Positions 1 to 17,100 of a stretch of 64,000 nt of DNA are shown in pieces. Position 1 is the first letter of the stretch; every line of letters begins with the position of its first letter. The position numbers and the translations under genes are program-made. Below the pieces are notes generated by a model. The model searched no databases and was not told the DNA's origin. It saw only the letters and a list, made by a program, of their open reading frames with translations. Source of the DNA: Chrysomallon squamiferum (Eukaryota; Animalia; Mollusca); NCBI GenBank assembly GCA_012295275.1, contig CM022670.1:18166001-18230000 (forward strand), written 5' to 3'.

Positions 1-622
1 CGCAGACAGTTTTTAGATTTCTCAACCAAGGGTGGTATCTCTCTGATCATTAGACGCGTCATTGCTCTCAAAGAAATTGGGCATTTATCCGATTTTCCAG
101 GTTCATTAGACAAAGAATGCTTCGATCACCAACCGCTCGAAGAATTGGGTTATTGTTGAGGTACAAGAATCCTCGTCCAGCGTACGACAAAGAGCACAAT
201 CGAAGAACCCCCTTACTACACGTTGTTTAATATCTGTTAGTATTACTCCACCGAAAAAAAAGCGAGCACCAGCAGTTAAAAGGACTTCATACAAAAGAAG
301 AGCACAGTGTGTTAAGTACTTGGTAAACACTCCAAAGACTGTGCGAGTTAAAATGTTGGAAGTGATTTGCTATCGAGGAACGTCCTTCTCATTCTATTCA
401 GAATATTTACAGAGTTCTGAAATCGGTTTAAAACTCTATTTATCTTTTCGTGAAGAAATGTGTTTCGCAATTCCCGCACACACAGAAACAAAATTAAAGA
501 TATCTCGTAATAAATGACTTTTTCGCTTGATATAAAGACGAATGATATAATGGGAATGTTTTTAAAAAAGTAGAATTTTATACTTATTTAACAGCGCAGT
601 TTCAAAAAAAAAAAAAAAAAAA

Positions 623-657
<35 letters not shown>

Positions 658-2201
658 CCTCTAGAAATAAATGCGTAGAATCTAAGAGATAATAAAATAT
701 TTCTTTTATATTTTTTAAAAACGCATCGATATTTTATATGTTAGTATGTAAATTTAGTTAAGATGATAACAGTAGTAGTTGTTGTTGCTGTTGTTGTAGA
801 AGATGAGGAGGAAATTATAGGTGCAGGAGTAATAGTTGTTGTTGTTGCAGTGATAAAAGTCAGAAAAGTATGATAGTAGAAACAGTGACAGACTAATGGT
901 GGTTGTTGTAGCAATAGTAGCAGCAGCAGTAGTTTAGCAATGGTGGTAAAAGCAGCACGGGTGGCGAAAAACAACCGGCAAGCTTGGGACCAGAGGTGAT
1001 CTGGGTTTTTGGATACAGACTAAATATATACTTAAAACATAAAATAACCAATGGGGAGAAATAAATGAAGTTTTATTTAGTAAATGTATATTAATGGATT
1101 TCTAAAGCACGGTCTGTTTGATCTTTATTATTCTACTTAGAATTCTAAATAACACCTCAGTGCTATACGCTTTCCATTAGCAAGTTGTGTTTCAGCTACT
1201 CGTTTAGTCATGATAAAAAATGAAAATAATAAAAATCTGAAACAAGTAAAAACTTACTGCGGAAAGACCATCTGCACTCTCACTTGAACTGGCGTCACGG
1301 AATCTAAAATAAAGTGCGCCAAGTTCCAGATTTTTGGAAGACGGATAAATGGTTCTGAACCCATAGTTAGATTAGTACTATTAGAGTTGTAATACGAGAG
1401 CAGTAGCAGTAGTAGTAGTAGCAGCAGCAGCAGCATAATTAGCAACAACAGCAACAGCATCAGCTATTATTGCTGCTGTTGTTGTTATGACAGCATTTGT
1501 AACAGTAGTATATAGCAGCAGTTATTGTAGTAGTATATTACATTAGCAGATGAAACCAGAGAAGTTTAATGTCATTTTCATCTTTTTCTTTTCTTTGTTT
1601 CCTTTTTTCTTTGTTACTTTTTTTGCTTTCCATTTCAAAATCATCATTTTTAACCAGTTTCATGGGAAAATCAGAGAGATAGGATGAAAAACAAAACATG
1701 CATTAACGTCTGCCATAACGAATGATTTTAATTATAATACAAATTTACTACTTACAATAAATCTTGTCTAATTTTCTCATCTTATTTTTCTTTACCAAAT
1801 ATTGTGACTTTTTAATGAATGTCAGTGAGATTTATGATTATCTGCAGAGAATTTTCTTCATGCTAACTACCAAGGATAAAATAAACTGTTTCTGTAAATA
1901 ATTAAGTATTTTATTTTGCTGCTAAATGTAACTTTATACGTGGCACTGAAGGTTCTCTCGCTGCTTCAAATTATTAGCACATGGCAAGTGATAAAAGGTG
2001 TTTGGTTTGCACAGTTTAATATTGCATGCGTCCGTGATTTTCTTGTAATACTGATTTTTCCTTTCAACTAATTTATACAACAGATTTAGTTCTGTGTTCC
2101 TGAGACCACCGCTGAAGGTGCGGGGCTTTATATCTTCCAGTTTTGGTCGGTTAAAGATTCTGTTTTGAACCCTTTAATATATTATTTATTGATTGATTGA
2201 T

Positions 2202-2256
<55 letters not shown>

Positions 2257-4008
2257 TGTTATTGCTTTGCAGAACCTTTCAACAGAGAACAATCTTTGCA
2301 ACTTATTCGCTCGGTTTCAGTAGTTAAACATTATTTTAATATTTACGGGATATTCATTAAATATAATTGTATTCGTTCTATTATTCTCTCTCTCTATCTC
2401 TCTCTCTCTCTGTCTCTTTCTCTCTCTCTCTTTCTCTCTTTCTGTTTGTCCGCATGTGCGAGTTTATTCCTTTTATTCTTTTTCCGTTACATTCCTTCAT
2501 TTCTTTTTACTGCTATATTAACTAACTGAATCACATTACTGAAAAGAAGGTAATACTGTATAATTAAACGATGCAAGTTTACAAATGATTGAGTACCTAC
2601 AATGTAATAATATTTAAGGGTTGCAATTTAGACATAAAATTCAGAAATTTCGTCAATATAATAAATAAGAAATTATTTGTAGTGACATATGAATAGTGCA
2701 TATGGGTTAACTCCTTTGTAATATCATGATAATACGAAACTTATGTTTGATATCTACTGAAAGATAACATTAATAATATAAGGATTTTTAAAAAAAATTT
2801 TTTAATAAATGTTAATTCATTCAAGATAATATCAAAGTGTAACTGAAGTTTTTACGGTATCTGAATTCTCTATTAGCTATAGATATTGTACAATTTATAA
2901 ATATTGTCACCTGGTTTTGTTGAAATTCGACTATCTACAAGCAGGAGAGGTGATTGTCTTAGACATTCATTAACACACTTAAGATAAAACGGGCAAGTAA
3001 CATAAACATAAGTCAGCCTAAACTGATACATGAAAAGCTATAAAATATATCTGTTCTTAATTACTCAACATTAATGGCAAAACATTTGACACTGTTGACT
3101 TTAAGTGTTCCAAAAATGGTTCCAGGATAACCAAATTTATGTGCTCATTATTTCTTCATTATAACATGTATGGTGGGTAAGTATTTCATATATTTTTATA
3201 TTGTTCATGCAACAGCTGACTCTCTAGACCCCCAACATGATATGACGTCAACAACTCTATGTATAAAACATGAAACCTGTAAACACAATTACACATCCCT
3301 TTTAAGAGTGATGTGTTTTTATGTTATTATCGTGTGGTGTTATAATCTGGTTTAATTCTGATTGTCTCATATCTGTCTGTATAGCTGTATATCTTTCAGT
3401 ACGCTTCCATAGCGTCAATTTTCTAATGATAAAACTCATTGTGGAATAAGACGTAGAAATACACATCCATATAAAACCAAAAGAAAAAAAAAGTAAAATC
3501 TCAATTTGTTCTGAAAGTGACGTTACTAAATATATTCTTTACCCCTCGTCAAAGTATCGGTTTATCCGTTTTTAGTTTAAAAAGCATTGTTCTCGCAAAT
3601 GAAGCAGAAAATTAGTGCAGCAGTCTGACAGGCATTGGAATGATTGAATTACGTTATGTGTGTCTGGGCGAACAAGGCTAATTAGCAGAAAACACATACC
3701 TCTTTGATGGAGCGTTTTATTCTGGTTTCAGAAAAGTGTTCTGCCAGTCGTTTCCATTTTCAGCGAGGATTAGCGATAATTAACGACCACTGTTAATGCC
3801 TCTTGTAAAACATTCGTGCTTTCCAATTTCAAGTGTATTTGTTTTTCCGTCTCAACTTCTCTTTATACTTTTTTTTTTATAGTTTTCTTATTCTTCTTCA
3901 CATCTGAATTAGTTTTGCTTTTCCTGTTCAGTGTCCTCTCGTAACATTATAATTACTGTTTCAAATATTTTAACTAATTACATTATATTCTGTAAAATAT
4001 TTCTAACT

Positions 4009-4011
<3 letters not shown>

Positions 4012-4104
<93 letters not shown>
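4012..4104. repeat. (CT)n microsatellite
   Basis: Perfect dinucleotide run. Confidence 0.95.
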
Positions 4105-4107
<3 letters not shown>

Positions 4108-5112
4108 ACACACAAACACACTTCATCATTATAATTATTTATTAGTATTAGTATTATTAATATTAGTAGTAGTATTATTCATACTACTGGTAATAGTAGC
4201 AGCAATGATATTGAAGCGGTAGTAGAAGTAGTAGATGCAGAATTTTGTTTCTTTTCTGTTGTGTCAAAACGATCATTAACTGTTATTGCCTGCTAATTCC
4301 AGTTCATCTTGTCTTGAGTCATGAGAAGTTCAGAGGTTTCTCTAGGGAAACAAAACAGGCCATTAATCTGCAAAACCTGAAATCCTACTTAAGCCTCTGT
4401 TTCAAATATTGCTCTGCCATCAGACATAACGTTTCTGCCACGGCGTCATTTATAGCAAATCTCATAAACGTTATTAGCCGTCACAATGAAAAAATTTCTT
4501 TGAAAAACCAAGGATCGGATATTGGTTGAAAGACGATCAAACGAGCCAGAAAGCAAACTGGCTAATTTTCTCTTGTTTTCTTCTCCTGTCATTAAACACG
4601 TCAAACGAATGTCAGGGACACTGGCACGTGTAGAATGTACTTCAGTCTTTATTAGATTTATTGCCGATTTTGACCTCTCTTTAATGTAACTTAAAGCTCG
4701 CTGCCTGATTACAAGGATCGTGATTGAAACCACAGAGGTCATAATTGTAGTTCATGACACCAGGAAAAGATAATTAATTTATTTTAAAAAGGTCGCTCGG
4801 TTTTTTTTATCTTTGTAACTTCAAATTAGGAAACAGGAACTTGACAATTACAGAATCACAATGAAATTACGTTCAGTAGTTCATTTCCCTTCTTATGTTT
4901 ATAAAGTCAGATTAAGAGCTAAATTTTTTAACATTTGTCGAAGTTAACTCTTTAAATTTCATTTATTTACTTATTTTAATGTTTATAAAGTCAAAGTTAG
5001 CAAATCAAACTTAGATATCTGTAAAGTACAGTTTTGTAATTAATTTGTTTGTAAAAGATCGTTTCCTTTTATTTAGAGAATTTTATTTTATTTTATTTTA
5101 TTTATTTATTTT

Positions 5113-5146
<34 letters not shown>

Positions 5147-5298
5147 CAGTGAAGAAAACGAAACCTTGATGTTCTTAACTTACAATTAATTTTATTCGAA
5201 AATGTGTATTCTTAACGTTTTAAAGTAACGTTAAAAAGTGAACAAAAATTACGTATACAATTACTATTGCTGCTGTTATTCCTCTTCTTCTTCTTCTT

Positions 5299-5359
<61 letters not shown>

Positions 5360-5362
5360 CAG

Positions 5363-8122
<2,760 letters not shown>

Positions 8123-8281
8123 GGACATTTGAGGATGTTCAAAATAACGGTAATAAATTTGGAAAGAAGATGACTAAATGGCGATACTCTGGTTCCGTAA
8201 TGACCGTTGTCTCTGGAACAAAAATCATCATTCAACGGCTATTGGGACAATAGGCCAAAGTACGAACAACGTCTGTGTGTG

Positions 8282-8316
<35 letters not shown>

Positions 8317-8760
8317 TGTGTTTGTATTTGTGTGTCCATATCTGTTTATATATGTGTATAAGTATGTATGTAAGTGTGTATATGTATCATTTGTTTGTGA
8401 TTATGTGTATGTGAATTTCTATGAACCTATGTGTCTGTGTGTCACTAAGTAATATACAAACATGCAGGCACAGAAGCATTTATATGCATATATATGAGAA
8501 ACGACAGTTTTGCATAGAGAATAATCTATTGATAAGTTGTTTATGACACCATACAATAACGACTTTTTTTAATTTCCAGTGCAAAATGTTATTACGGGAG
8601 AAAAAAAAAAAAAAATGTTTCTTTTATACTAAAGTTATAGAAATAAATTTAAAAACATATCTTACATTTTTAATACCTTGTACGAAAAATGTTCAGCTTT
8701 CTTACTCATCTGTGGCATAAATAATAATAATAATCATAATAAAGAATAAAAGTAATAATA

Positions 8761-8797
<37 letters not shown>

Positions 8798-8881
8798 CAC
8801 ACCAAAAAACCCTAGATATTGCGAAAGATTTATTTTCTTTTTCATTGTTGGAAAATAAATATTGGCTTAATCCAAGTTCAT

Positions 8882-8918
<37 letters not shown>

Positions 8919-11641
8919 CAGTACCAAAAAATAAATGTTGTATATGTTAATATTATTAAAATATTTAGCTTCAGCTGATTTGTAAGTATCTAGGTCGAAC
9001 ATTTTGGGCTCTATAAAGTTACTTTACAAAATGCAACTTAATAACTGCGAGTTAAGAACTGCTCAAAACAAAAACGCAGCTGCAGTGAAAAATGCGTAGA
9101 TGTATTTTTATGTGAAATTTTACTTAAGTTAGTGGTGTTTACAAGCAAAAACCATTACAGAATGAATAGTTTATTAGTACCTGTGTTTATTTATTTATTT
9201 ATTTATTTATTTGTTTGTTTGTTTATTTATTAAGTTGTGTGAGGAACTTATTTTATTTTCATTATGAAATAAAATATTTCACAAAGCTAATTATGTTGAT
9301 GATGATGATGATGGCGACGTTGATAAATAAATCAAATTTAACATCGGAAAATATTTCAGTATTAACGATTTTTAAGTTGTTTTTTTTGGATTCTTTTTGT
9401 ATGATAATTAAATAGGAGAAACGTCATTATTTTTATTTTTTTTATTTTTGGTGTGTTTTTTTTCTGTTTTTTTTTTTTTTTAAATGTTTTTGTTCTTTAC
9501 TGTTGTTGTTTAGAGAATATTTGTGCAATAATTTTATAATAAAAAAAATTATTTGTTGTTGTTGCTGTTGTTATATCGAATACCATTGTATTTTGGTCGG
9601 TATTAAAAATCAGGTAGATTTTAATTGTGTATCTGCAACAATAAAAATAATGAAAACGTTTATCCGTGTTTGTTTTGCTATACTCCTAACTCATTAAGCT
9701 AAGCTACAACTGTATTTAATTTGTTCGGAAGAATTCGCATAAAATAAAGTATAACACTATTAAATTAAAATTAAAATTAAAATTAAAATTAAAATAAATA
9801 AATAATATGACTTTAAACATGAAAGGATTGGAAAATAATGATAATTAATTTATTATTACTAAATAGAGATAAACAGACAGACATAGATAGATGGATAGAC
9901 AGACAGATAGATAGAGAGATAAATAGATAGAAATAGATAAAAATGGATGGATCGATGGATAGATACCTACCTATTTAATTTTATTATTTTCATTCCATTT
10001 TATTTGACTTTATAGGGTTTTTTTTTTTTTTTTTTTTCTTTTATTCTTTAAAAGTAAAAATATTTGTAAAAAGTCAAGTATTATAATACAACATGATGAA
10101 ATATGCTAAACTGAAAAGATGGAAATTTGAAGAAGAAAATGACAAAACAAATGATGATGAATGAAGACTATTTATTTTCAGTTTAACTGTCACAAAGATG
10201 AAGAATATGTGTTCATAATAATAACTGCATAAGAAATGAGACCATTAAGTTCTAACAATTTCATGTCATTCTTAAAACATACACATTAAAGTAATTAAAA
10301 TTGCTATGAATATTAAAATGAAATGCACAACAGTAAAATGAAAATAGATAAATAAATAATTAACATTGTAAAATTAATTAAATATAACCATGCCTTGAAT
10401 AATTATAATAGAATGCACCATTTAAAATTTAAAAAAAAAAAAATGGATTTCATACATCTGCTTCCAAATAATATTTGTGAAAATATATATAATTAAGCTG
10501 TCCAAAATAAATCTTCAAAAAATGTATAATCTAATTATCATGTTATAACGCACACACATTTCTTTCTCCACTATATTAATATATAAGAAGTGTAAACATT
10601 TTAAATGCTAAAGTATTAAAACAATTTTAGTGTATGTTAATGCAGAATGATATTTCAGTATTAAAAACACTTAAACAATGAAACAAAATCCATGGTAAAA
10701 TGTCTGTAATCAGTCTGGATATTTGTGTCTATTTGTAAATATATTCACTTACATTCAAATTAAATAATAAAATATACAGAACTTCAGATGCACAGAACAA
10801 CTGTTGTGATAAAATATTTTTAATCTACATAATAGGTGTGCAATTTACATGAAAGTATTGGCAACTGTACAGATGGTTTCTTGCTTTGCCTCAGTGTACT
10901 GAACAAAAATAATACTAACAATAAGTTAAAATGATTAAAAACACAATAGTTTGAAAAGGAAATGCTACAAGTCTAACTGAGATTGCATGCCTCATCTTGG
11001 TCCATGTTCAAATTTTATACACATCCAGCATACACCCAGCTTCCAACACTAATATCATAACCCAGATGACAAGATTAAAGATTAAACTGTATTATTTGAT
11101 TTGATAATGAACGGAAGTATGAATGATATGTAGATTTTATTATTTTTATGTACCATGACACAGTCAATAGGCAAGAGAAAATACTTATCAAAACGTGATG
11201 AGGAAATCACGTATCCCATCAGACTGAGCTTCAATTATTATTTTATTTATTTATTTATTTATTTATTTATTCAATTTATTTTTTTATTGTGTTTTTTTCT
11301 GTGATTTTAACAATAAAAATGATCCTTTTCAAAACGACTGGATTTGTGACTGGTGTCAGTTTGTAACTGTTCCTCAAACAAGATACTACATAAATATAAA
11401 TTTATTATTATTATTATAATACCATATTTATATAGCACCTTTTCCATACTAAGTAAGTTCAAAGGTGCTTTATAGTGTAAATAAATAAACTAAAATATAA
11501 AAAGACATGGACATAAACATATTAAAATAAATGTAAACATAATGATGAACATATTAAAATGATGGTAAAAATAAATGAATCACAAACAAAATTATGTAAG
11601 AACTGTTATGGGAACTAAAATTATACTTTTTACTTAACATC

Positions 11642-11693
<52 letters not shown>

Positions 11694-11810
11694 AAAAATA
11701 TTTTAATACAAATAAAACAATCAGAACCTCATGTCAGTATGTAGTTTTCCTAAAAAACATAACATCTCAAGATGGCCATTTATTACAAATTATTACTGTT
11801 GTTGTTGTTG

Positions 11811-11869
<59 letters not shown>

Positions 11870-12936
11870 AACAGATATATATTTCAAAGTATACTGAAAA
11901 ACATTCAACAAAACCACCAGAATTTTATGTCTTAATTCAGCATGCAATTATGCTAAGACAGATGACTTCTCAAGCAAACTGTCATCTCTTATAATAATAA
12001 TCAAAAACTGAAGAAAAAAAATAATATCATTAACAGAATATATTTAAAAAACAAAATTAGATATATCAATTGTATGTTTAAGAAGAATGCTTGCTTTGAT
12101 TCTAATACTGCATACAGTTTACTCAGAGTAAATCCTGTGTGATTAAAATGCACAAATAAATAAATAAAACTTTAGGTAAAATTTTGACCACTCCGTCTAT
12201 CTGGATGTTTGTAGATTTTGGATTAAATACACATCTTTAGTTGTTGTTTTTTTGTTGTTGTTGTTTATTTTTTTATCAAAAATTTGTTGTCAATATGTTT
12301 CAACTCTGAAAATATAAAAAAAATATCATGTTAAATCTAAAACTATGCTTTTATTATTATTATTGTACAATAATATTATTATAATTAATAATCATGTGAT
12401 GATGATGATGATAATAATCATCATCATCATAAGAATAAATTTAAAATTAATAATAATAATAATGTTGATGAATGTTAAAAGACATAAATTTGTACTTAAA
12501 TAAGGAAAATCGTAAGGTTCAGAATATTATTTTCTGATAAAGAAATATAAAATATTTCTATTAATAATAAAACACAATAATATGCACTATAAAAAGGATA
12601 ATAAAAATCTGTCTGTTGACTACATATAAAAAGATCCAGCTACTGAAGCGTGATTTACATACTTGTGAGATTCTTTCACAGTTTTATAATTTTACACTTA
12701 CAGCACTGTAACACTGAGCATAACAAATGTAACAAGCAGGAAATTTCTTTAACTTTTCTTCCTCATTTCTTCAGTATGTTTCTCTTTCTATCTCTTCTAA
12801 ACTATCTGTCAGACTGTCAGTTAATTTGTAACAAAAATAATAAGTTTCATTTTAAAAATATTGAACATCTATCTATCTCTTCTTAACTGTCCATGAAACT
12901 GTCTATTAATTTTTAACAAAGAAAACAATTTACAAC

Positions 12937-14157
12937 TCAAGAATTGCTTACAATTTTAGTAACCAGGGTATCACATTTTGTACCAGTTACACCAGGCATA
13001 CATGAACACTTGAATTGTCCTTGGCTGTCTTCAAAACAGAACCCTCTATTGCATGGATTCGGACTGCACCCAATAACTTTTGTTTCACAATGTTTACCCT
13101 GAAATAAACACAAAATTTGTTAAGCTTTTGAAGATCTTACTGGTTTACTCTTAGGAGCAAGACAAAAGATATAAAAATCAAAATCAAATTTTGAAAAGGT
13201 GGAAATGAAAGAAACAGTATCTTATTCTTAGAAAGCAGAGGCAGAAACATTAAAATTACAAGTATTTTAACATTAATTAAAATAGAGATAATTAAAATAT
13301 TCAAAATTGATAAAACTTCTAAAAAACAGCCATCTTAATATTTTATTACAGAAATGCATGGAAAAAATCAAAGACAAAAGTTTAAAAAGGTATTTTATTC
13401 CATATTTCAGATGGTATAAGGCTGTATTAAAGTTTAATACTTACAATATAGCCTGTGGGACACTCACACACTGGCCCTGTAACTGTATTCCAGCAGTCTC
13501 CTTTGTTTAAACAAAAACCTTCTTTACAGCCATTCACTGTATTAAAAAAAAAATAATAAAATAAAAACTTTTTTTACTTCAGGAGGTTTTGTTTATCGTG
13601 TTGGTTTTTTTTTTAATTTGATATTGTTTAAAAAAAATTATTTCCTTCCATTTCTAGTTATTTTTTAATATTTTCTTCTCATTTTTTTTTTTCCAAGGTG
13701 TTTTTATGATGTCTGGGTGTTGTAATGAAATGACAGTAAATAATCTGATTTGTTTATATCTGTGTTTTTATAAATTTTATTTCTTTATTTATTTTATTTT
13801 CTATTATTATTTTTTTTTTTTTTTATTATTATTATTTTTTTTTTTTTGTTGTTGTTGTTGTTGTTATTGTTATTGCATTTGCCCTTTCATTTACTGAATG
13901 GATATAAATGGTTTATTATATAAAATTTTAAAATGTGACTTCAGTTAAATAATTCCTTTTAGCACAAGTTCTGAGTTAAGTATTTATTTCTTTATGTTTA
14001 ATATATATGTAAAAAGATTAAAAATAAAAAATAATAAAAATTATCATGAAATAATAAAAACAATAATTTTTATAAGGTGTTATAAAGGTGTATATAAAAG
14101 ATTCCTTGATAGTGTCCAGAAGTAACAGGCAGGTAATTAAAATATTCTAATTATACT

Positions 14158-14193
<36 letters not shown>

Positions 14194-17100
14194 AAACATA
14201 AACTTGATACCTAATAACCATAAATGAAAGGTACTGAGGTGTCATTAAACAGAATCCATTCATTCTATACATATGTGTGATGACATAATAAGAAACGTAA
14301 GTATTAACTCTGAAATAAATATTTGTTTTAATTTTTAATTTTTAATAATGTGGTTGTTTACCTGAAAGTTGACAAAACAAGCCCTCATCCTGGGAAGGGC
14401 AGTCACAAAACACACCCAGTTCATCGACAGAACAGTTGCCATTGTTGAGACAGGGAGATGGACTGCAGCTGGATACTTCAGTCTCACACAGTGGACCTGA
14501 TTTCAAAAATAAAGTTACAGTCACGAATTCATTCAATTTACTGATTCCCTCTCTCTCTCACTCACTCACACACACAAATATATACACATTTAAATGATTA
14601 CTGAAAAAATCAAACACTACAAAAAGTTGTGATATGTGCTGCATTGTTGGTGGGAGAATGGATATAAAAATAACTACTGCTAATTAATGAATAATTCAAG
14701 TAGTAACTGTTGTGCATTTCCTTTCTTTTAAAATTTACATCTGACATCTAGCATTAACAGCACCCACATTTTTCTAAAATATACATATAAAGTCAGTGTC
14801 AAATAAATATTTAATAATTTAAATTTTAAAACAACTAACTTTCATCAACAGCAATTTAATACAAGTACCTGTGTAAGGGGGATGACATGCACAAGAAATT
14901 TTGAGTCCATCTGTTGAACTGCAGACACCACCATTATGACATGGTTTAGACAAACATGGATCAAATAACCTCTCACAAGTTTTACCTACAACATGAAAAA
15001 AACAAAGTTATTATTTAGAATTTTTTATTAATAGAAACAACTTCAGAAGTGGTTATATTTAAATTTCTTGTCATTTATACATTATAAACAAAAATGGGTT
15101 AAGTAATATTAAAAAAACAAATTTTTCAGTTATTTTATAAACCAAAGAAACATAAACATAAATATTATACTTTTCAATTTCTACAGTCTACTGAAATAAA
15201 AATGTACAATATTATTTTCTAATAATAAAAACAAAGAAAAAAAAGACTCAAAGTCTACTCCAATATTTATTTATTTATTTATTTATTTGTTGTTGTTATA
15301 ATTTGAAAATGTTATGTGACATTTTATAAAGGAAAAGTTAAGTAACTGTTTTGTTTCATATTTGCAGATATTTCAAGAAATGTCTGTGTTTGATAATGCA
15401 TGTATGTACAAGTGTATATGAATAGTGATTGATGTTTTTCTTTAATTTAACACTTTGCATAATACAATTCTTGAAATACCTACCAATCTGTCTTTCTAAA
15501 ATCCATTTTAATTTTTTAAATGATTAAATTTAAATGAAAAAAACAACAACCTAGGCAAGCATGCACAAGTAAGGCTCTATAATATTTTCTATCTTTAGAA
15601 CTGAAAGCAGCAGTATGATACTTCAAAGAGGTACCAAACAAAAGCTGGTAACACTGATAACTTTTCTTCATTGTTATTACAAACCTGTGTAGGAGGGAAG
15701 ACACAGACATGAGAAGGAGTGGTCAAGGTTGAGGCAGGTGGCATTGTTTTTACATGGCAGGAGGTCACAGGGTTTAAGAAGCTCATCACATAATGTACCT
15801 ACAAGCATATTATTAAATGAATTTGGGAATTTTTCAATAAATCTAAGCTGATCTGGTAAATGGAAAGAAAGAAACAGAAATAAAGAAACTGTTTTCATAA
15901 TTTATTAACATGTTAATGGCAAATATTTCAGCAAATCTAGATAAATCTCATCAAGACAAACTGATTATTCTAACCTAGTCTGAACTGTATAAAATTTGCC
16001 TTTAAAAACTAGTTAAGACGAGATCAGACTAAGCTAGATCAGGCCAAACAAAACATTGAATGTTTATTTTAATGAAGCTAGACTAAGTAAGTTAAGCTCA
16101 TCAAAGCAGAGGGCTTTTTTTAGACTGCATTAAAACCATGCTAGGCCAAATTTTATTGAGGTTAGAACAAGCTTTATTATTAAGCTGAAGCTAAATCTCA
16201 CTCTTCTATTTAAAACTATATCTAAACTCACCGGTATATCCTGGCTGACAGAAACAGACAAAACCCAAATTGTTTTTATTACTGAGACAAGTGGCATTGT
16301 TGTGACATGGGCTGGATGCACACGCTGGTTGTTGTGTTTGACAGAGGTCACCAGTGTATCCAGGCCTACACTGGCAGACAAATGTAGAGCCCTGGTTAAT
16401 ACAAGTTCCACCATTCTGACACTTAACCTTTTTACATGGCAGCTCGGTTTCACATCTAGGTCCTTTTAAAACAACAATTATTATAAACAGTTCACTGGAA
16501 TTCAACATTAACTGTCAATATAAATTTATAATATATAATCAGAATTAAACTGATTATAATGAACCTTAAAACTATTGTTAAAAAAAAGAAATCATTATAG
16601 CAAATTACATCATAGCAACAACAAAAAAAAATAATAATAATAATAAAATGTAGAATATATAAAAATAAATATTGTGATATAAATATTTTGTCATTACTAA
16701 ATTAAATAATAAGAATACTATATTATTACTTATCATCAAGGAAAATCACCACATGATTTGTTTCACCTACCTGTATAGCCTTCATTACAAACACACTTAA
16801 GGACTCCACTTTCTGTGTGACATATGCCATGGATACATGTATTTGTGTCACATGTTTGAATCAGAGAATCACAATTTTTACCAGTGTATGAAGGTTGACA
16901 AAGACACACATAATCTTTTCCTATGTTCTTACATGTCCCATGAACACAGTGCTGCTTAGCACATGGTAGTTCAATTTCACAGGTGACACCTTGGTAATTC
17001 TTAGTACACTGACAGAGAAAAGAGTCACCAGAATTCACACAAGTGCCAGAATTTAAACATGGCTGGCTACTGCATGGCACATATCTCTCACATTTAGCAC

